From NCBI RefSeq assembly GCF_006345805.1, contig NC_043006.1, positions 57,784,001 through 57,848,000 on the forward strand: 64,000 bases of DNA. The letters are read 5' to 3'. The notes beneath the pieces are model-generated. The model saw nothing but the letters and a program-made list of their open reading frames with translations, had not been told where the DNA came from and made no database searches. The DNA comes from Octopus sinensis (lineage: Eukaryota). This document shows, piece after piece, positions 1 through 12,588 of this stretch; the stretch's first letter is position 1, and each line of letters opens with the position of its first letter. Both the position numbers and the translations under genes were made by a program.

Positions 1-799
1 GAGCTCAAATCCTACCAAAGTCACCAATCAAGTAGTGGAGACAAGGTAATTAACTTATCCCCTCTGTTCAGAGTCACTGGACTTGTGCCAAAATTTGGGG
101 AATTGAGAGAGAGAGAACAAAATGCTGTTGATTCAGTTCTGTACTCTACTGATTCATCAAATCCACAATTCTTTAAGTATCAGTATTATACTGGGGCTGA
201 TGCAGCCAATCAGCCCCTACCAATTAGTCTTTTGCATAATTAAGAAAGCACCACCACCACCACCACTATATTTTCTAATCACTTTTTTAAAACTGTATTT
301 TCAACAAGATACCGAAAAAAGAATAAATTTAATTTTGTTCTTGAGAACAAAATCTGAAAAACTTAAATGGAATTTCAGCAGAGGATTTATAAAATCTTTG
401 TGTAATTTTCTGGCTACCCTTAACAGAAATGATGCTCTTTTACAGCTAACTGGGGTATGCAGAAAGCATTATTAGCAAAGTAAATCTGGGAAACATGTGA
501 CCTGTTATTGGTAAATGTCATATTATGCTAAGTGGAATTTGTGGGTTGCCATTTGAGTTAGTCAGTTTGGCAGCAATTTCTTGAATTGCTCTAAACTGTA
601 ACATGATGTCTGATCAAAGTTGATAAGAAAGTTCTTTGAAAGAATTTACTGGCGTAAAATGATGTGGGCTGGAGAAGTTCAAGTCTGCTAGAATCACCAA
701 TATATAAAAAATGTAAGATTTGTCCATATTGTTAATTTTTTTCGTTTTTTTTTCATATTTGCTGGGTCTGGAGGAAGGAATAATGCCCATGGTCTTCAC

Positions 800-1120
800 A
801 GAATCAGCTATATCAGAGAGATTGATGCCTTTAATGTTCTTCTTGAACCTTTGTAAGTCAACCCATATGAGAAAGATATGAGCAAGAAGGGAGTTCTGAA
901 GGGCTGACATTCTGGGATGGAATGACTAGGCATGATTATTAGCACAGGGCCTGGGGAGCTGGATGTAACAAGGGGGAAAAAAAGGGAGAAGAGTAGGATA
1001 GAAATGCCTGAGTGAAGCAGTGTGAAACCAACCAGCTCCAGGGAGCAGTAGCCATTATAGTAGTGATAGAAAAAGTAGAGAGAAGAGGCAGTATGCCTAA
1101 GGACTAGAGGTTGGACCACG
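800..1120 (-). mobile_element. CR1/Jockey-group LINE 3' ORF2 remnant
   Basis: Frameshifted translation SSLYFFYHYYNGYCSLEL...NSLLAHIF...DLQRFKKNIKGINL resembles the CR1-like ORF2 C-terminus (SL.LFYRYY.G.CS.EL ... WNSLP...FP...LQ.FK). Confidence 0.55.
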
Positions 1121-1454
1121 TCTCTGAGTGACTTTTGTCCCTATCAATCAGTTGACCCTATTCTGGACGCAGTGAAATATATCTGTGTGTACAGCAACAA
1201 CAGCACTCTCTCAGATGCAAGCAACACTCCTCTGTGGATTGCACTTGAACTCATAGCTGAGAGTAAAAGTTACGCAGACAGTAGACTAGAGGCTTTTGAG
1301 ATCTTGATTAAATGTCTACATGTACCAGTGGTGAAGTGGGTAAGGACATTACTACTTTTAGTTTAGAAATAAAGGTTCTAAGTTTGAATACAGAGTGGGG
1401 CCATATACATATCCAGGAATAAAACACTCAAAAACAATTGAAAAACAGAAGATA

Positions 1455-1790
1455 AAACAGTTTCGACCACTGGATTGTGGCCACACTGAGGGACTACCTT
1501 GAAGAATTGACCCCAATGCTTACTTTTTGAAGCCTGATACTTTTTTATGGGTCTCTTTTACCAAACCACTAAGTTACATAAACGCAGACACAAAGACATA
1601 CATGTATACACACCCACACATGTACATAAATACAAGAGGCTTCTTTCAGCTTCCATCAGTCAAATCCACTCACAAAGCTTTGGCCATCCCAGGGCTATAG
1701 TAGAAGACTGAGGTGCCATGCAGTGGGACTGAACTCAGAACCATGAAGTGGGGAAGCAAACATTTTACCACACAGCCATACCTGTGCCTA
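1455..1790 (-). mobile_element. tRNA/CORE-type octopus SINE, decayed
   Basis: Reverse complement matches the + strand copies at 38285 and 41144 (tRNA head, cttctactatagcc, gtgagtggattt, internal CA/TA tract). Confidence 0.7.
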
Positions 1791-2094
1791 TGTGTAGATA
1801 TAAGTATTGGAAAGATGAAGTGGTTGATAACATGCTAATTTACAATCCTTATAACATACTGTTTGCTATTTGACAGTTCAGAATTTAAATTTCGATTCAC
1901 TGAGCTTTTCCTTTTTATCCCCAATGGAGGGCAAAGTCAATAAAATAAGTCCAAGAAATATAGTAAAATAGAGTTATGGTTGATTGGAACAAACATAAGG
2001 AGAGTTGGCAAAGCTTATAATTTGCTAACAGTGTTGTGGCCTGAGTAACCAAAGTGTAAGTAAGTATAACAAGGTGATACAATATATAAACACA

Positions 2095-2478
2095 AGCATG
2101 GCTAGTTGGTTAAGAAGTTTCTTTCACAACCACTAGATTTCAGGTTCAATCCCACAGTGTAGCATTCTGGGTAAATGTAATATCTTGTAGTATAGTCCTG
2201 GGGTCAACCAATAACTTGTAAGTGAATTCAATTGATGGAAACTGCGCAGAAGGCTATCTCATGTATATATATATATATTTGGAGGGGGAATGTGTTTGTC
2301 TTTCCTTACTTAAAAAGTAGTGTTAGTTTACAAAGATCCCTTTGTAACTTAGTGTCCAGCAAAAGGGACCTATAGAACAAGTATCACACTTAAAATAAGT
2401 ACAAGTACTGGGGTTAATTTGATTAACTAAACCCCACATGGTGGCAATCACATGACTGAGGCAAGTTCAAGAAAGAAT
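2095..2478 (+). mobile_element. tRNA/CORE-type SINE, decayed
   Basis: Same modular layout (B-box ggttcaatccc, middle TA tract, gtaacttag...agtactggggtt 3' part). Confidence 0.6.
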
Positions 2479-2852
2479 ATATCATTGTATGCAACTATAA
2501 AATTGATGAACATCTCCATGGTTTGCAGGGTCAATTTCATTCAACTCTTCACAGATGAGAATATCTAGGCAACAACAGAGTGACTGTGAACACTCTGCAT
2601 GATGAATGGTCTGAAGCCAATTATCATTTTCACTGTCATTACCAAAAATCCACAAATAGCTCTCCCTTTATATAAAAGTTTCTTGTGACAAAGAAAGATT
2701 CTTTTACAGTTATAAGAGAAAATAGGGACAAAATTAATTATCCCCAATAACCTGTAAACCTCCACTTGACATTGAGAAATTACAACCATAACACAATTTC
2801 AGTGCCAGAGATCATGTTTCATGTGTGATTTGATCCTGACATCTGTGTTGTA

Positions 2853-2905
<53 letters not shown>

Positions 2906-4054
2906 TCTGACTTCACTGTATTACAACAATGAAGACTGACAGACTTGGAAATTAATGACAGGTAAGATGAAATAGAAACACAGATTTAACCTAAATTATC
3001 CAGTATCTTCAACATTCAGTGTTAATTCTGAGAGTGTCATAGATTAAATTATACACAGGCCAGTGAAGGAACCGCTGCTTAACCTTGTTGGAATAATAGA
3101 CAAGTTATAAATCACGTTATATCATTTAAAAAAAAAATTTACATTTTGAATAGGTGCTGACATAGCAATGTGGTAAAAAGTTTGCTTCTCAACTATATGG
3201 TTTTGTTTCAATCCTTTAGGCAAGTGGTTTCTACCAGAGCTTTGGGCCAACCAAAGCCTTGCAAGTGAATTTGGTAGATGGAAAATGGAAGAGTTCCAAC
3301 ATACATATATGTGTGCGTGTGCTCAAAAGTGGGTTACTATCTTCTCGTCTTGACATCAAATCATAGTTATAAACAAGTGTCACTATCTGGTTATGGGGAA
3401 ATATTACCTCACTTGGAAACAAGTGAGGGCTGATGACTAGAAGAGTATCCAGCCATAGAAAATCCACCTTGACAAATTCCATCCAACCCATGCAAGCACG
3501 GAAAAGTGGATATTAAACCGATGAGGAGGTTAGAATGTCTTTGATCACAGTTCTATAAACTCAAGACTGACCAGAAGTTATATAATGGTGTTTGTTAAGG
3601 CTGTGGATAGTAGAACTGTTAAAGTACCACAGCAAAATGCCTTTTTACATTCTGAGTTCAAAGTCAGGTCAACTTTTCTTTTCATTCCTCTAGTGTCATA
3701 TAAAATAAAATACCAACCACATGGTTCCAGTTTCAATCTCACCGTGTGGGACCTTGGACAAGTGTCTTTTACTATAGCCTGTGATTAAACAACTGAATGG
3801 GTTTGGTGAACAGAGACTAAAAGAAGGCCATCATACATGTATCATTATTACCATCCTCATTGTTTAACATCTGTCTTCCATGCTGGTATAGTTTATATGG
3901 TTTGACAAGATCTGCTGACAAGCTACAGGACTGAACTAAGCACCAATCTCAGGTTTGGCATCGATGTACTGGATAATTTTTCATGGTACTAGCACTAGTT
4001 AGATCACCAAGTAATTCACAAGACAAGCCCCTTCAATTAAGTGGGGGATCTAAC

Positions 4055-4260
4055 ACTGATTTCAAATTTTGGCACAAGGCCAGCAATTTCAGGGTGAGGG
4101 TATGTCAATTACATCGACCCCAGTGCTTATTTTATCAACCTTGAAAGGATGAAAGGTTAAGTTAACTTCAGTGGAATCTAAACTCAGAACATAAGGATAC
4201 ATGAAATACTGCTAAGAATTTTGCCAGGCATGCTAATAATTCTTCCAGCTTGCTGCCTTA
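4055..4260 (-). mobile_element. tRNA/Meta-type SINE
   Basis: Reverse complement of ggcagcaagctgg...ctttcatcctttc..g.tgataaa Meta-domain-like core. Confidence 0.7.
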
Positions 4261-5136
4261 AAGTAGGGGTGTAATATTGAGGGAGGTGGCGTTATGCCAA
4301 GTGTTGAGAGGTTAAAGTTTGATAAAAGGACAAGAACAGGTGTTTTGCTGTAGTAGACAAACATGGCTATTCTAGCTAAGTGTGTGTGTGTCTGTGTGAG
4401 AAAGAGAGAGAGAGAGAGAGAGAGAGTATGTTTTCGTGTCTCCTTGTCTTGACATTGTGAAAGAGTTGTAAATGAGTATCATTGTCACACAAGTAGTGCA
4501 AGCATGGAAAAGTAGTTGTTGAAACAATAATGATAGTATCCCCAATGTAAATAGAGTGACAACAATGAAGGCTGCTTTGGAAATTAATGAAAGGTCAGAT
4601 GAAATGGAAGCACAGAGCTAACCAAAATTATCCATTATCTATTATATTTTAGAAATGTCATGAACCCAACTAAACATTGATACTCATACACTCACATAAC
4701 AAAAAGAAGTTTTGATAAGACAAGGCAAGCAGTGAAATATGGAATAATGGCATTCTAAGAATATAGGAAATATGTACATGATTCATAGTAATAGGAAAGA
4801 CATTTATTAAATGTCTGACCTCACCCTCACCTCCTGGTAATATCACATTTTAAACATAAAGACTACATCTCCAAAACTAGCATTCCTCTGCAAGGCCTGA
4901 AAAATACTTCTACTTCCAACAAGTACTAACCATATATAAAGTTCAAAGGAGACCCCAAAATACACTACTGTTCCTATATCTAGACCCATGTTGTTACCAT
5001 TCAAACACACACAGACATACTAGATGACATCCAAAAAAAAAAAAAAGCCACTAACACACTCCAACTTCTGGCCCACAACTGTTCTGGCTCATTATTTTAC
5101 TTTTCTACAGTTATTACAATAACCTCTGTTTCTTAA

Positions 5137-5349
5137 CCCTTTTGAGACACAGTGTTTTGGTATGTGTAGCCAAAAAGATGAAAATCTAAATATTGAAATA
5201 GATCTACTGAAAGATAATCTCTGATTAGCTATTACACTTCAAAACCAACCGTTAACAACATTTGTTCCATCAGGCCAATGGATTGGCCTCAAAGTCCTTT
5301 TAGCTTGTATCACTCGGGCTGATCAACTGGCCTGCATGTCTCAAGAGGG
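5137..5349. mobile_element. piggyBac-type MITE
   Basis: TTAA on both sides (5133-5136, 5350-5353); termini CCCTTTTGAGACA ... TGTCTCAAGAGGG. Confidence 0.7.
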
Positions 5350-5786
5350 TTAAAGCCAATTAGTCTCTCCTCTTCTTATTTCCCATATTAAATCCACTTC
5401 CTGAAGTTCTACATTTTCTAGAGTCTCCCCTTCCAGACATTATTCCTCTGGAATGCTCTCACACTGCTCATGTTTTACCTGCAACTGTTTACAAGGAACA
5501 TCAACCATATCATTCTGACCAGTCTTGGTGGGCCTGCCAGGACTATAAACGCAATCCTTTTTTCCACACCAAACAATTTCTTTTTAAAAATCCAATAAAA
5601 AAAAACGCTAACCAAATGACACAGTTTTAACCTTTTAGCATTCAGATTACTCTGTCAAATGTAATGCTTATTTACTTTAATTGTTTTGAATAAATCATGC
5701 ATTATTTCATAACTTTGAGATTTCGATGACGTGAGTCTATATTTGTGAAATGATACTGAAGGGTAGGTGTGAATGACTGGAAAATC

Positions 5787-6683
5787 TGTAGAGCTCAACG
5801 AGGATGTCCTGCAAATCCTGGTGGAAAAAAATCCCATCATAACTGTTGAGGAACTAGCAGAGAAGCTTAGATTTGGTCATTCAATCATTCATTGACACTT
5901 GTGTGCCATTGGAAAAGTCAGCAAATTGGGTCAACGGGTTCCTGAGAAACTTTCCAATTCTAATTGTGCACAGAGATTGAATGTGCACTCTTCTTTGCTG
6001 TCATGTCTCACAAATGAACCTTTCTAGGACCAAATAGGTGACAAGAAATGGGTTCTCTATAAAAATGTCAAATGCCAAAGACAGTGGGTGGGGAAAAGAG
6101 AAACACTGGTACCCCAGGCTAAAGAAGGTCTTCACCCATGTAAGGTGTTATCTGTGTGGTGGGATATGTAAGATTTAGTCCACTTTGAACTTTTAAACCC
6201 AAACCAAACAATAACAAAGGAGATCAACTGCGAGCAGCTTGAGCAGCTGAAGCCAGTGCTAGAAGAAAAAACGACCAGCTTTGGTTTCAAGATGAAAGGT
6301 GTTCTTCCATCAGGATAATGCTCAGCTACATACAGCGAGGATGACATTCCAAAGGCTGGAGCAGTTTGAATGGGAAACGATGCCCCACCCACCATATATT
6401 AGCCGGACATTGCCTAATCTGATTATCATTTATTTCGCAGTCTTTGAAATCATTTATATGGAAAAATTATGAATTCTGTAGATGAGATAGAACAATACTG
6501 GAGGAGTATTTTTCATCACAGACAAGTGAATTTTGGAAGAGGGGCCGTGTAAGTCTACCAGATAGACAGAAAAGCATTGTAGAAAATGAAGGAGAGTATA
6601 TTTTAGATTAAAAAAGTATCTTATCTTAATTTTGAAAAATAAAAGAAGTATAAAAACACCACATTATTTATGGGATGACTCAA
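5787..6683 (+). mobile_element. 5'-truncated mariner with pseudogenised DD34D transposase
   Basis: Broken frame reads VELNEDVLQILVEKNP...KLGQRVPEKLS...GDKKWVLY...LSVWWD...FHQDNA...MPHPPY-SPDIA-SDYHLFRSL; right TIR ...ttatgggatgactcaa followed by TA. Confidence 0.9.
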
Positions 6684-7210
6684 TACATACACATACACAC
6701 ACACACACACATGACAGGCTTCTTTTAGCTTCTATCTATCAACTCCACTCCCAAGACTTTGGTCAGCCCGGGGCTAAAATACAAAGCACTTGCCCAAGGT
6801 ACCACACAGTGGGACTGAACCTGGAACCATGTGGTTGGGAAGCAAGCTTTTTATCACACAGCCACAAATTAAAAATAAATAAATAAATAAGATCAAGATA
6901 AGAGAAATAGAGTCGCTCCTTCTATTGTTGTTGCTTTCTTTTTCTGGTAAGTGTTTAAGTATGTTAGAAAAAGAAACAAAACCGCTCAGAGTGAAATTGC
7001 AGGAGGCAAGTCATCATCAGTCTAGTGAGCACTTCCTTTATTAAAGACTTGATAACATCATGCCTCCTAGTGAATTTAATTAGTCCCTGGCAGCTTGACT
7101 GTTGACAACAACAACAACAACTACGACATTATATAAGTTGTTTACAAATTATTCAGACTGACCAACTGGATAATGTCTCTTGTTAAAGCTTCAGAAGGTA
7201 AACAATGAAT

Positions 7211-7220
<10 letters not shown>

Positions 7221-7259
<39 letters not shown>

Positions 7260-7372
7260 GAGGATGAGAGAGAGGGGTGGAGGACGAGAGAGAGGGGTGG
7301 AGGATGAGAAATAGGGGTGGAGGACGAGAAATAGAGGTGGAGGACGAGAAAGAGAAGAGGAGAGAGACAGAG
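7221..7372 (+). repeat. (GA)n microsatellite followed by ~21-bp purine-rich minisatellite (gagaggggtggaggacga)
   Basis: Directly visible tandem units. Confidence 0.85.
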
Positions 7373-7439
7373 AGGCGCTATGGCTGAGTGAACAGCCAAG
7401 GGTCAACAATGTGCATCCTGTCTATTACTGATCTGTAAC

Positions 7440-7795
7440 GATGGTAATTATCATTATGATGGAGGTGGTGGTGGTGGTGGTGGTGGAGGTAAAGGTAACA
7501 GTGCTGATGGTATGGATACTGATAACAGTGCTGATAGTGACAGTATGGATCATGATGTGGATAGCAGTGGCAGAGGTGGTGGTAGTGATGGTGGTGTGGT
7601 ATGGTGCTGGTGACAGAGTGTAGATAATAATCATTCCAATAGTTTTAATAGCAATAATCATGGCAGTGACATGATATGACATTCTAGATGCTGATGCTGG
7701 TGACAGTGGTGGCCATAACGATGATGAGGAAGATGTTAGTGGTAATGAAAAAAGACGCTAATGCTAACAAGAGAGAAGAGGATGATAATGGAAGA
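7440..7795 (+). repeat. Low-complexity (GGT/GAT)n-derived tract
   Basis: Degenerate trinucleotide repeats; explains the poly-V and poly-T ORFs. Confidence 0.8.
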
Positions 7796-8209
7796 AGTGT
7801 CTCAGATGTTCAGCTGCAGGTGACAAACAGATGAGATTTGCTGTGGCTCAAGAGCTTCACTTCAAATCCTGTAGGAATAGTTTTACAATTACATACCATA
7901 CCATATCTGTCTGTCTGTCTGTATGTCTATCTATCTTAATCCTCGACTTTAACTGGAATAACTATGTTGTTCGAAACAACCTATCTTTTTATGTTTCTGC
8001 AGAGAAACAAGCATGCACATACATGGACACACACATACATAAATGATGGGCTTCTTTCAGTTTTCATCTACCAGATCCACTCACAAGACTTTGCAGGGCT
8101 ATAGTAGAACACATTTGTCCATATATATGCAGTGGAGTTGAATCTAAAGATTATGTGAGTGTAAAATGAACTTCTTACCACACAGTCCCACTCACCTGTG
8201 CATGTGTGG

Positions 8210-8252
<43 letters not shown>

Positions 8253-8269
8253 GGAATTTATAAATATTT

Positions 8270-8533
8270 TAATGCATTGTTACATGAGTTTCCACAGATT
8301 TATAAATTCCATCCAAGGATTCTTATTATTACTGTATATATCGGTTCGTTATATCAATACAGCTTGGTGTGGCCAAAAAAAACCACTGGTCAAAGAATGG
8401 TCAAACTAACAACCATAAACATTAGTTCATAGTCATAACCAGAATTATCAATTGATAGTAGAGCAAAACTGGTGCCTGCTTGGATAACATATCCCTATAA
8501 ACAAAAACTTTTTGCAAACAGGTGTATATATAT

Positions 8534-8575
<42 letters not shown>

Positions 8576-8590
8576 ATATATGTATATATA

Positions 8591-8653
<63 letters not shown>

Positions 8654-9110
8654 GTGTGTGTGTGTATAAAAACACACACATAACAATATTCATGAGATCA
8701 AATTTCAATGAAACAATTCAAAATAAATGTAATAAAAGGACCCCATTCTCCTTGTTTGTAATTATATATGATGCAATGGTTTATGCAACAATTTAGACTA
8801 GAGGTCTTTTTTATTCTATACATCCTTTCTTTTTGACCAGTTAATCCAAACCAGTGATTTGTTATTTTGTTTTAATAGTAATATGCAAATGTAGTCATGT
8901 AAACATGCCTGACTGAACATGGGCATGAATTATTGGTAATTCAAGTATCTAAAGCAAATTAATTTTTTACAGAATTCTGATGAGTTGAGTTGGAGACCTC
9001 ATGAATAAATTGTTGCATATATTATTGCATTATATAACAACACTCATGAGATTGAATTTCAATGAAACAATTGTAAATAAAGTAATAGAAGGACTTGCAT
9101 TCTCCATCCT
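8270..9110. mobile_element. Penelope-like pseudo-LTR remnants with (TA)n tract
   Basis: Duplicated ~70-bp segment (8682-8750 and 9036-9106) and hammerhead-like motifs typical of Penelope pLTRs. Confidence 0.4.
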
Positions 9111-9668
9111 TCTTGTTTTTAATTGTAGATACTTGCAGATACTTGTGAATTTTCAGAAATGTGTTTGATAAAGCAAACAATCTCCAGTTAACCATCTCCA
9201 GTTAACCATAGATGAGCTTAATAAGATAAACTCCAAGGATAACACCCAAATGAAATTATTTTGTGTGTGTAAAGAATAAAATACTATCCTATTTTGTGTG
9301 TGTTTGTGTGTGTGTGTGTGAGTGTGTACATGCATGTATGTGTGTGTGCATGAATGTATATGTATGTGTGTGTGTGTGTAAGAAATATGTATGAGGGGCT
9401 TCTTTTAGTCTCTGTCTACCGAATCCACTCATAAACTCAGAACATGAGAAATAGTAGAAGAGAGAGCTAGCATCTCCTCTTGTATCTTATAATTTACATA
9501 GGTTAAATAAAGAGTTGAATCATTTCACAACACTAATAAGGAAGAAACCGATATGTCAGAACTCAGAGAATGCTATAAATTAATATCACAGCCCAATGAA
9601 AATAATAAATCATTGGCGAGGTCACAAGTGAAGGTGAAAAAATAAAATGATGGAGAAACAGTCTTAAC

Positions 9669-9768
9669 CTCTACTTTGTTTTTAACATTGTTCATTTTTG
9701 TCAGTATTTCTTCAACACATTTTGGCATGGTAGTCTGATAAAGGACAAGGTTCTCCAGGGTAGATAGC
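9669..9768 (-). other. Candidate exon (very strong 3' splice site), frame unresolved
   Basis: Acceptor tgttttctttattttctttctttacag|G; phase-1 reading YLPWRTLSFIRLPCQNVLKKY*, phase-2 reading LSTLENLVLYQTTMPKCVEEILTKMNNVKNKVE up to weak donor GAG|gttaag. Confidence 0.35.
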
Positions 9769-10694
9769 CTGTAAAGAAAGAAAATAAAGAAAACATGATA
9801 AATAGCTATAATAATAAAATAAACAACATATTTCTCCCTACCCCACCTCGCTCTCTCAGTTTCTGACATGAGCCATCAAATACAGAGCAGCTAAGCAATG
9901 GTGAGTTGACCAACTAGTGGTAACTAGTGGCTCACTGCTCTATGCATGTACATTGTTACATTGGACATACAAATGCAACACTTTCCCCATTCCTTGTTGG
10001 GAAAGTTAGAGATAATGAAGACACTAATGCTTATAATAATGATAGATATGCAAAGATGATGATGGTGGTGGACAAGGATATGACAATGAAGTGATTCAGA
10101 TGATTAGTTAAATAGATGAAGGTATCTACTATGCTGTACAAGTTTGGTGACTCAAAAACTTCACTTCAAATCCTATTGGAATAGTCTCACAGTTACATAA
10201 TCTGTCTATTTATACCTGTCTCTGATTTTAACTGAAGTAGCTAAATTTATCATCCTTTGTTATTCCATAACATTAACAAGAAGGAGCCAACATAGAACAT
10301 TACATTACAAGAAAAGTTTTGAAAAACATAAGCTAATAACACTGCCAGCCCACAATAAAACTAGATCACTTGTTTTCAAGTCCAAAGGTTAGATAAATAT
10401 ATTATTGAGGCATTGTTTTACAGCTAGATGCTCTTCCTGTCATTAACTGTTGCTGGTTTTTCAAGTAAGGTATTTCTTACTTCACAAGTGTTTGAAGGTG
10501 CAAAGCCAGTAGATGATTTGTTAATAGGAGAAAATGATAATTGCTTCACCAGTTGTAGCTCACAATTTTTCTGGCAGCAGAAAAGACAACTGACTGTAAA
10601 ACAATGCCTTGATAATATACTCATCTAACCCATACTAGTATGGAAAACAAACATAAAATGGATAAAGAAATATATATATATATATCCTAATCTA

Positions 10695-10725
<31 letters not shown>

Positions 10726-10871
10726 AACATTCTCTCTTTCTCAAACACATAAACATACACACAGATATATAGACAGTTTCTTTCTTTAAAAAGAATCACT
10801 TTAAACTGACTAATCCACTATAATAATAATCCTGAAATTACACCTTATTTGGAATTTGATTTTGATGGCAT

Positions 10872-12212
10872 TTCCAGGGGGAAAAATTAGAAGTAGTTGA
10901 TAGCTTCCGTTATCTAGGTGACCAAGTCAGTAGTGGGGGTGGGTGCGCTGAGAGTGTAACTGCTAGAATAAGAATAGCCTGGGCAAAGTTTAGGGAGCTC
11001 TTACCTCTGCTGGTGACTAAAGGCCTCTCGCTCAGAGTAAAGGGCAGACTGTATGATGCATGTGTTCGAACTGCCATGCTACATGGCAGTGAAACATGGG
11101 CCGTGACTGCTGAGGAGATGCGTAAGCTCATGAGGAATGAAGCCAGTATGCTCCGATGGATGTGTAATGTCAGTGTACTTACTCGACAGAGTGTTAGTTC
11201 CCTAAGAGAAATGTTGTACCTAAGAAGCATCAGTTGTTGCGTGCAAGAGAGACGATTGCGCTGGTATGGTCATGTGGCGAGAATGGATGAAGATAGGTGT
11301 GTGAGAAAGTGCCAATCCCTAGCAGTTGAGGGAACCCGTGGAAGAGGTAGACCCAGGAAAACCTGGGACGAGGTGGTGAAGCACAACCTTCGAATGTTAG
11401 GTCTCACCATGGAAATGACTAGAGACCGAGACCTATGGAAGTATGCTGTGCATGAGAAGACCCGGCAAGACTAGTGAAGCCATAACCCGTGGCCCCTACC
11501 TGGGACGTAGTCAGTCTGCCTGTGCATACCTTCCTGCTTGTGACACTTGTGAAGACCTGTTGAGGCAAATCAAATCAAAGTCAAATCGAATCAAGTCAAA
11601 CCAAATCAAAATAGATGAACATCAATGGAATTTGTATCCTTGTGGTACCAGTGCCGGTGGCACATAAGAAAACCATCCGAACGGGACCGTAGCCAGTACC
11701 GCATCGACTGGCCTCCATGCTGTGGGCACGTAACAAACACCGTCCGAGCGTGGCCGTCTGCCAGCCTCGTCTGGCACCTGTGTCGGTGGCACATAAAAAC
11801 ACCATCCGAGCGTGGCCGTCTGCCAGCCCTGTCTGGCACCTGTGTCGGTGGCACATAAAAACACCATCCGAGCGTGGCCGTCTGCCAGCCTCGTCTGGCA
11901 CCTGTGTCGGTGGCACATAAAAACACCATCCGAGCGTGGCCGTCTGCCAGCCTCGTCTGGCACCTGTGTCGGTAGCACATAAAAACACCATCCGAGCGTG
12001 GCCGTTCGCCAGCCTCGTCTGGCACCTGTGTCGGTGGCACATAAAATCACCCACTACACTCTCGGAGTGGTTGGCGTTAGGAAGGGCATCCAGCTGTAGA
12101 AACACTGCCAGATCTGACTGGCCTGGTGCAGCCTTCGGGCTCCCCAGACCCCAGTTGAACCGTCCAACCCATGCTAGCATGGAAAGCAGACGTTAAACGA
12201 TGATGATGATGA
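10872..12212 (+). mobile_element. 5'-truncated RTE-clade LINE (RT C-terminus, 3' UTR with 62-bp array, (GAT)n tail)
   Basis: Uninterrupted frame 10872-11474 FQGEKLEVVDSFRYLGDQ...KGRLYDACVRTAMLHGSETW...RRLRWYGHVARM...RGRGRPRKTW; tail ggcgttaggaagggcatccagc...gatgatgatgatga. Confidence 0.92.
11645..12051 (+). repeat. 62-bp tandem array (about 6 units) in the RTE 3' UTR
   Basis: Unit tggcacataaaaacaccatccgagcgtggccgtctgccagcctcgtctggcacctgtgtcgg starts at 11787, 11849, 11911, 11973, with diverged units upstream. Confidence 0.95.
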
Positions 12213-12588
12213 ACAGGTTGACAATGGAGAATGACATAGACTAGAAGTTGTACAAGAAATAACAGATAATTGTTGATTGGCCTCAAGTATGTCCTAACCA
12301 ATCACACCTGCCTTTTTTGCATATCAATGACTACATTATCCAATATCTCTTTATTTTAAAGTGATAGGATGCGATTCAATGGATGTTTGGTTGTTGCATC
12401 TAGCATATCAAACAGCCATGTACAGACGCTCTCATTAACTTGAGATGTGAAAAGACATAACGAATCTATTTCAAGTATTTGAGTCAGGAGAGGAAGTTGA
12501 ACAGATGATACTGTTTACCCCTAAGTCATCCTCAGGTAAGCATCCCCTGTCTTTATTCAACTCTTAACTTCCTGATTGACACAGTACC

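Noticed and set aside
122-475. 117-aa ORF
   Set aside because: AT-rich composition, no motifs or splice support; likely chance.
7001-7068. Hairpin aggaggca...tgcctcct of pre-miRNA or H/ACA size
   Set aside because: Large internal mismatch for a pre-miRNA, and no H box (ANANNA) directly after the stem.
8166-8796. ORFs rich in YI/IY/HT/CV (also 26.3, 36.7, 45.9 and 59.5 kb)
   Set aside because: Translations of (TA)n/(CA)n microsatellites.
9883-9941. Imperfect hairpin agagcag...actagt-ggta-actagt...ctcactgctct
   Set aside because: Needs a 10-nt bulge; more likely a decayed MITE or chance.
11596-12196. Long overlapping ORFs (up to 194 aa) and a CRISPR-like look
   Set aside because: Products of the 62-bp tandem array in an RTE 3' UTR; no unique spacers, no cas genes, eukaryotic context.
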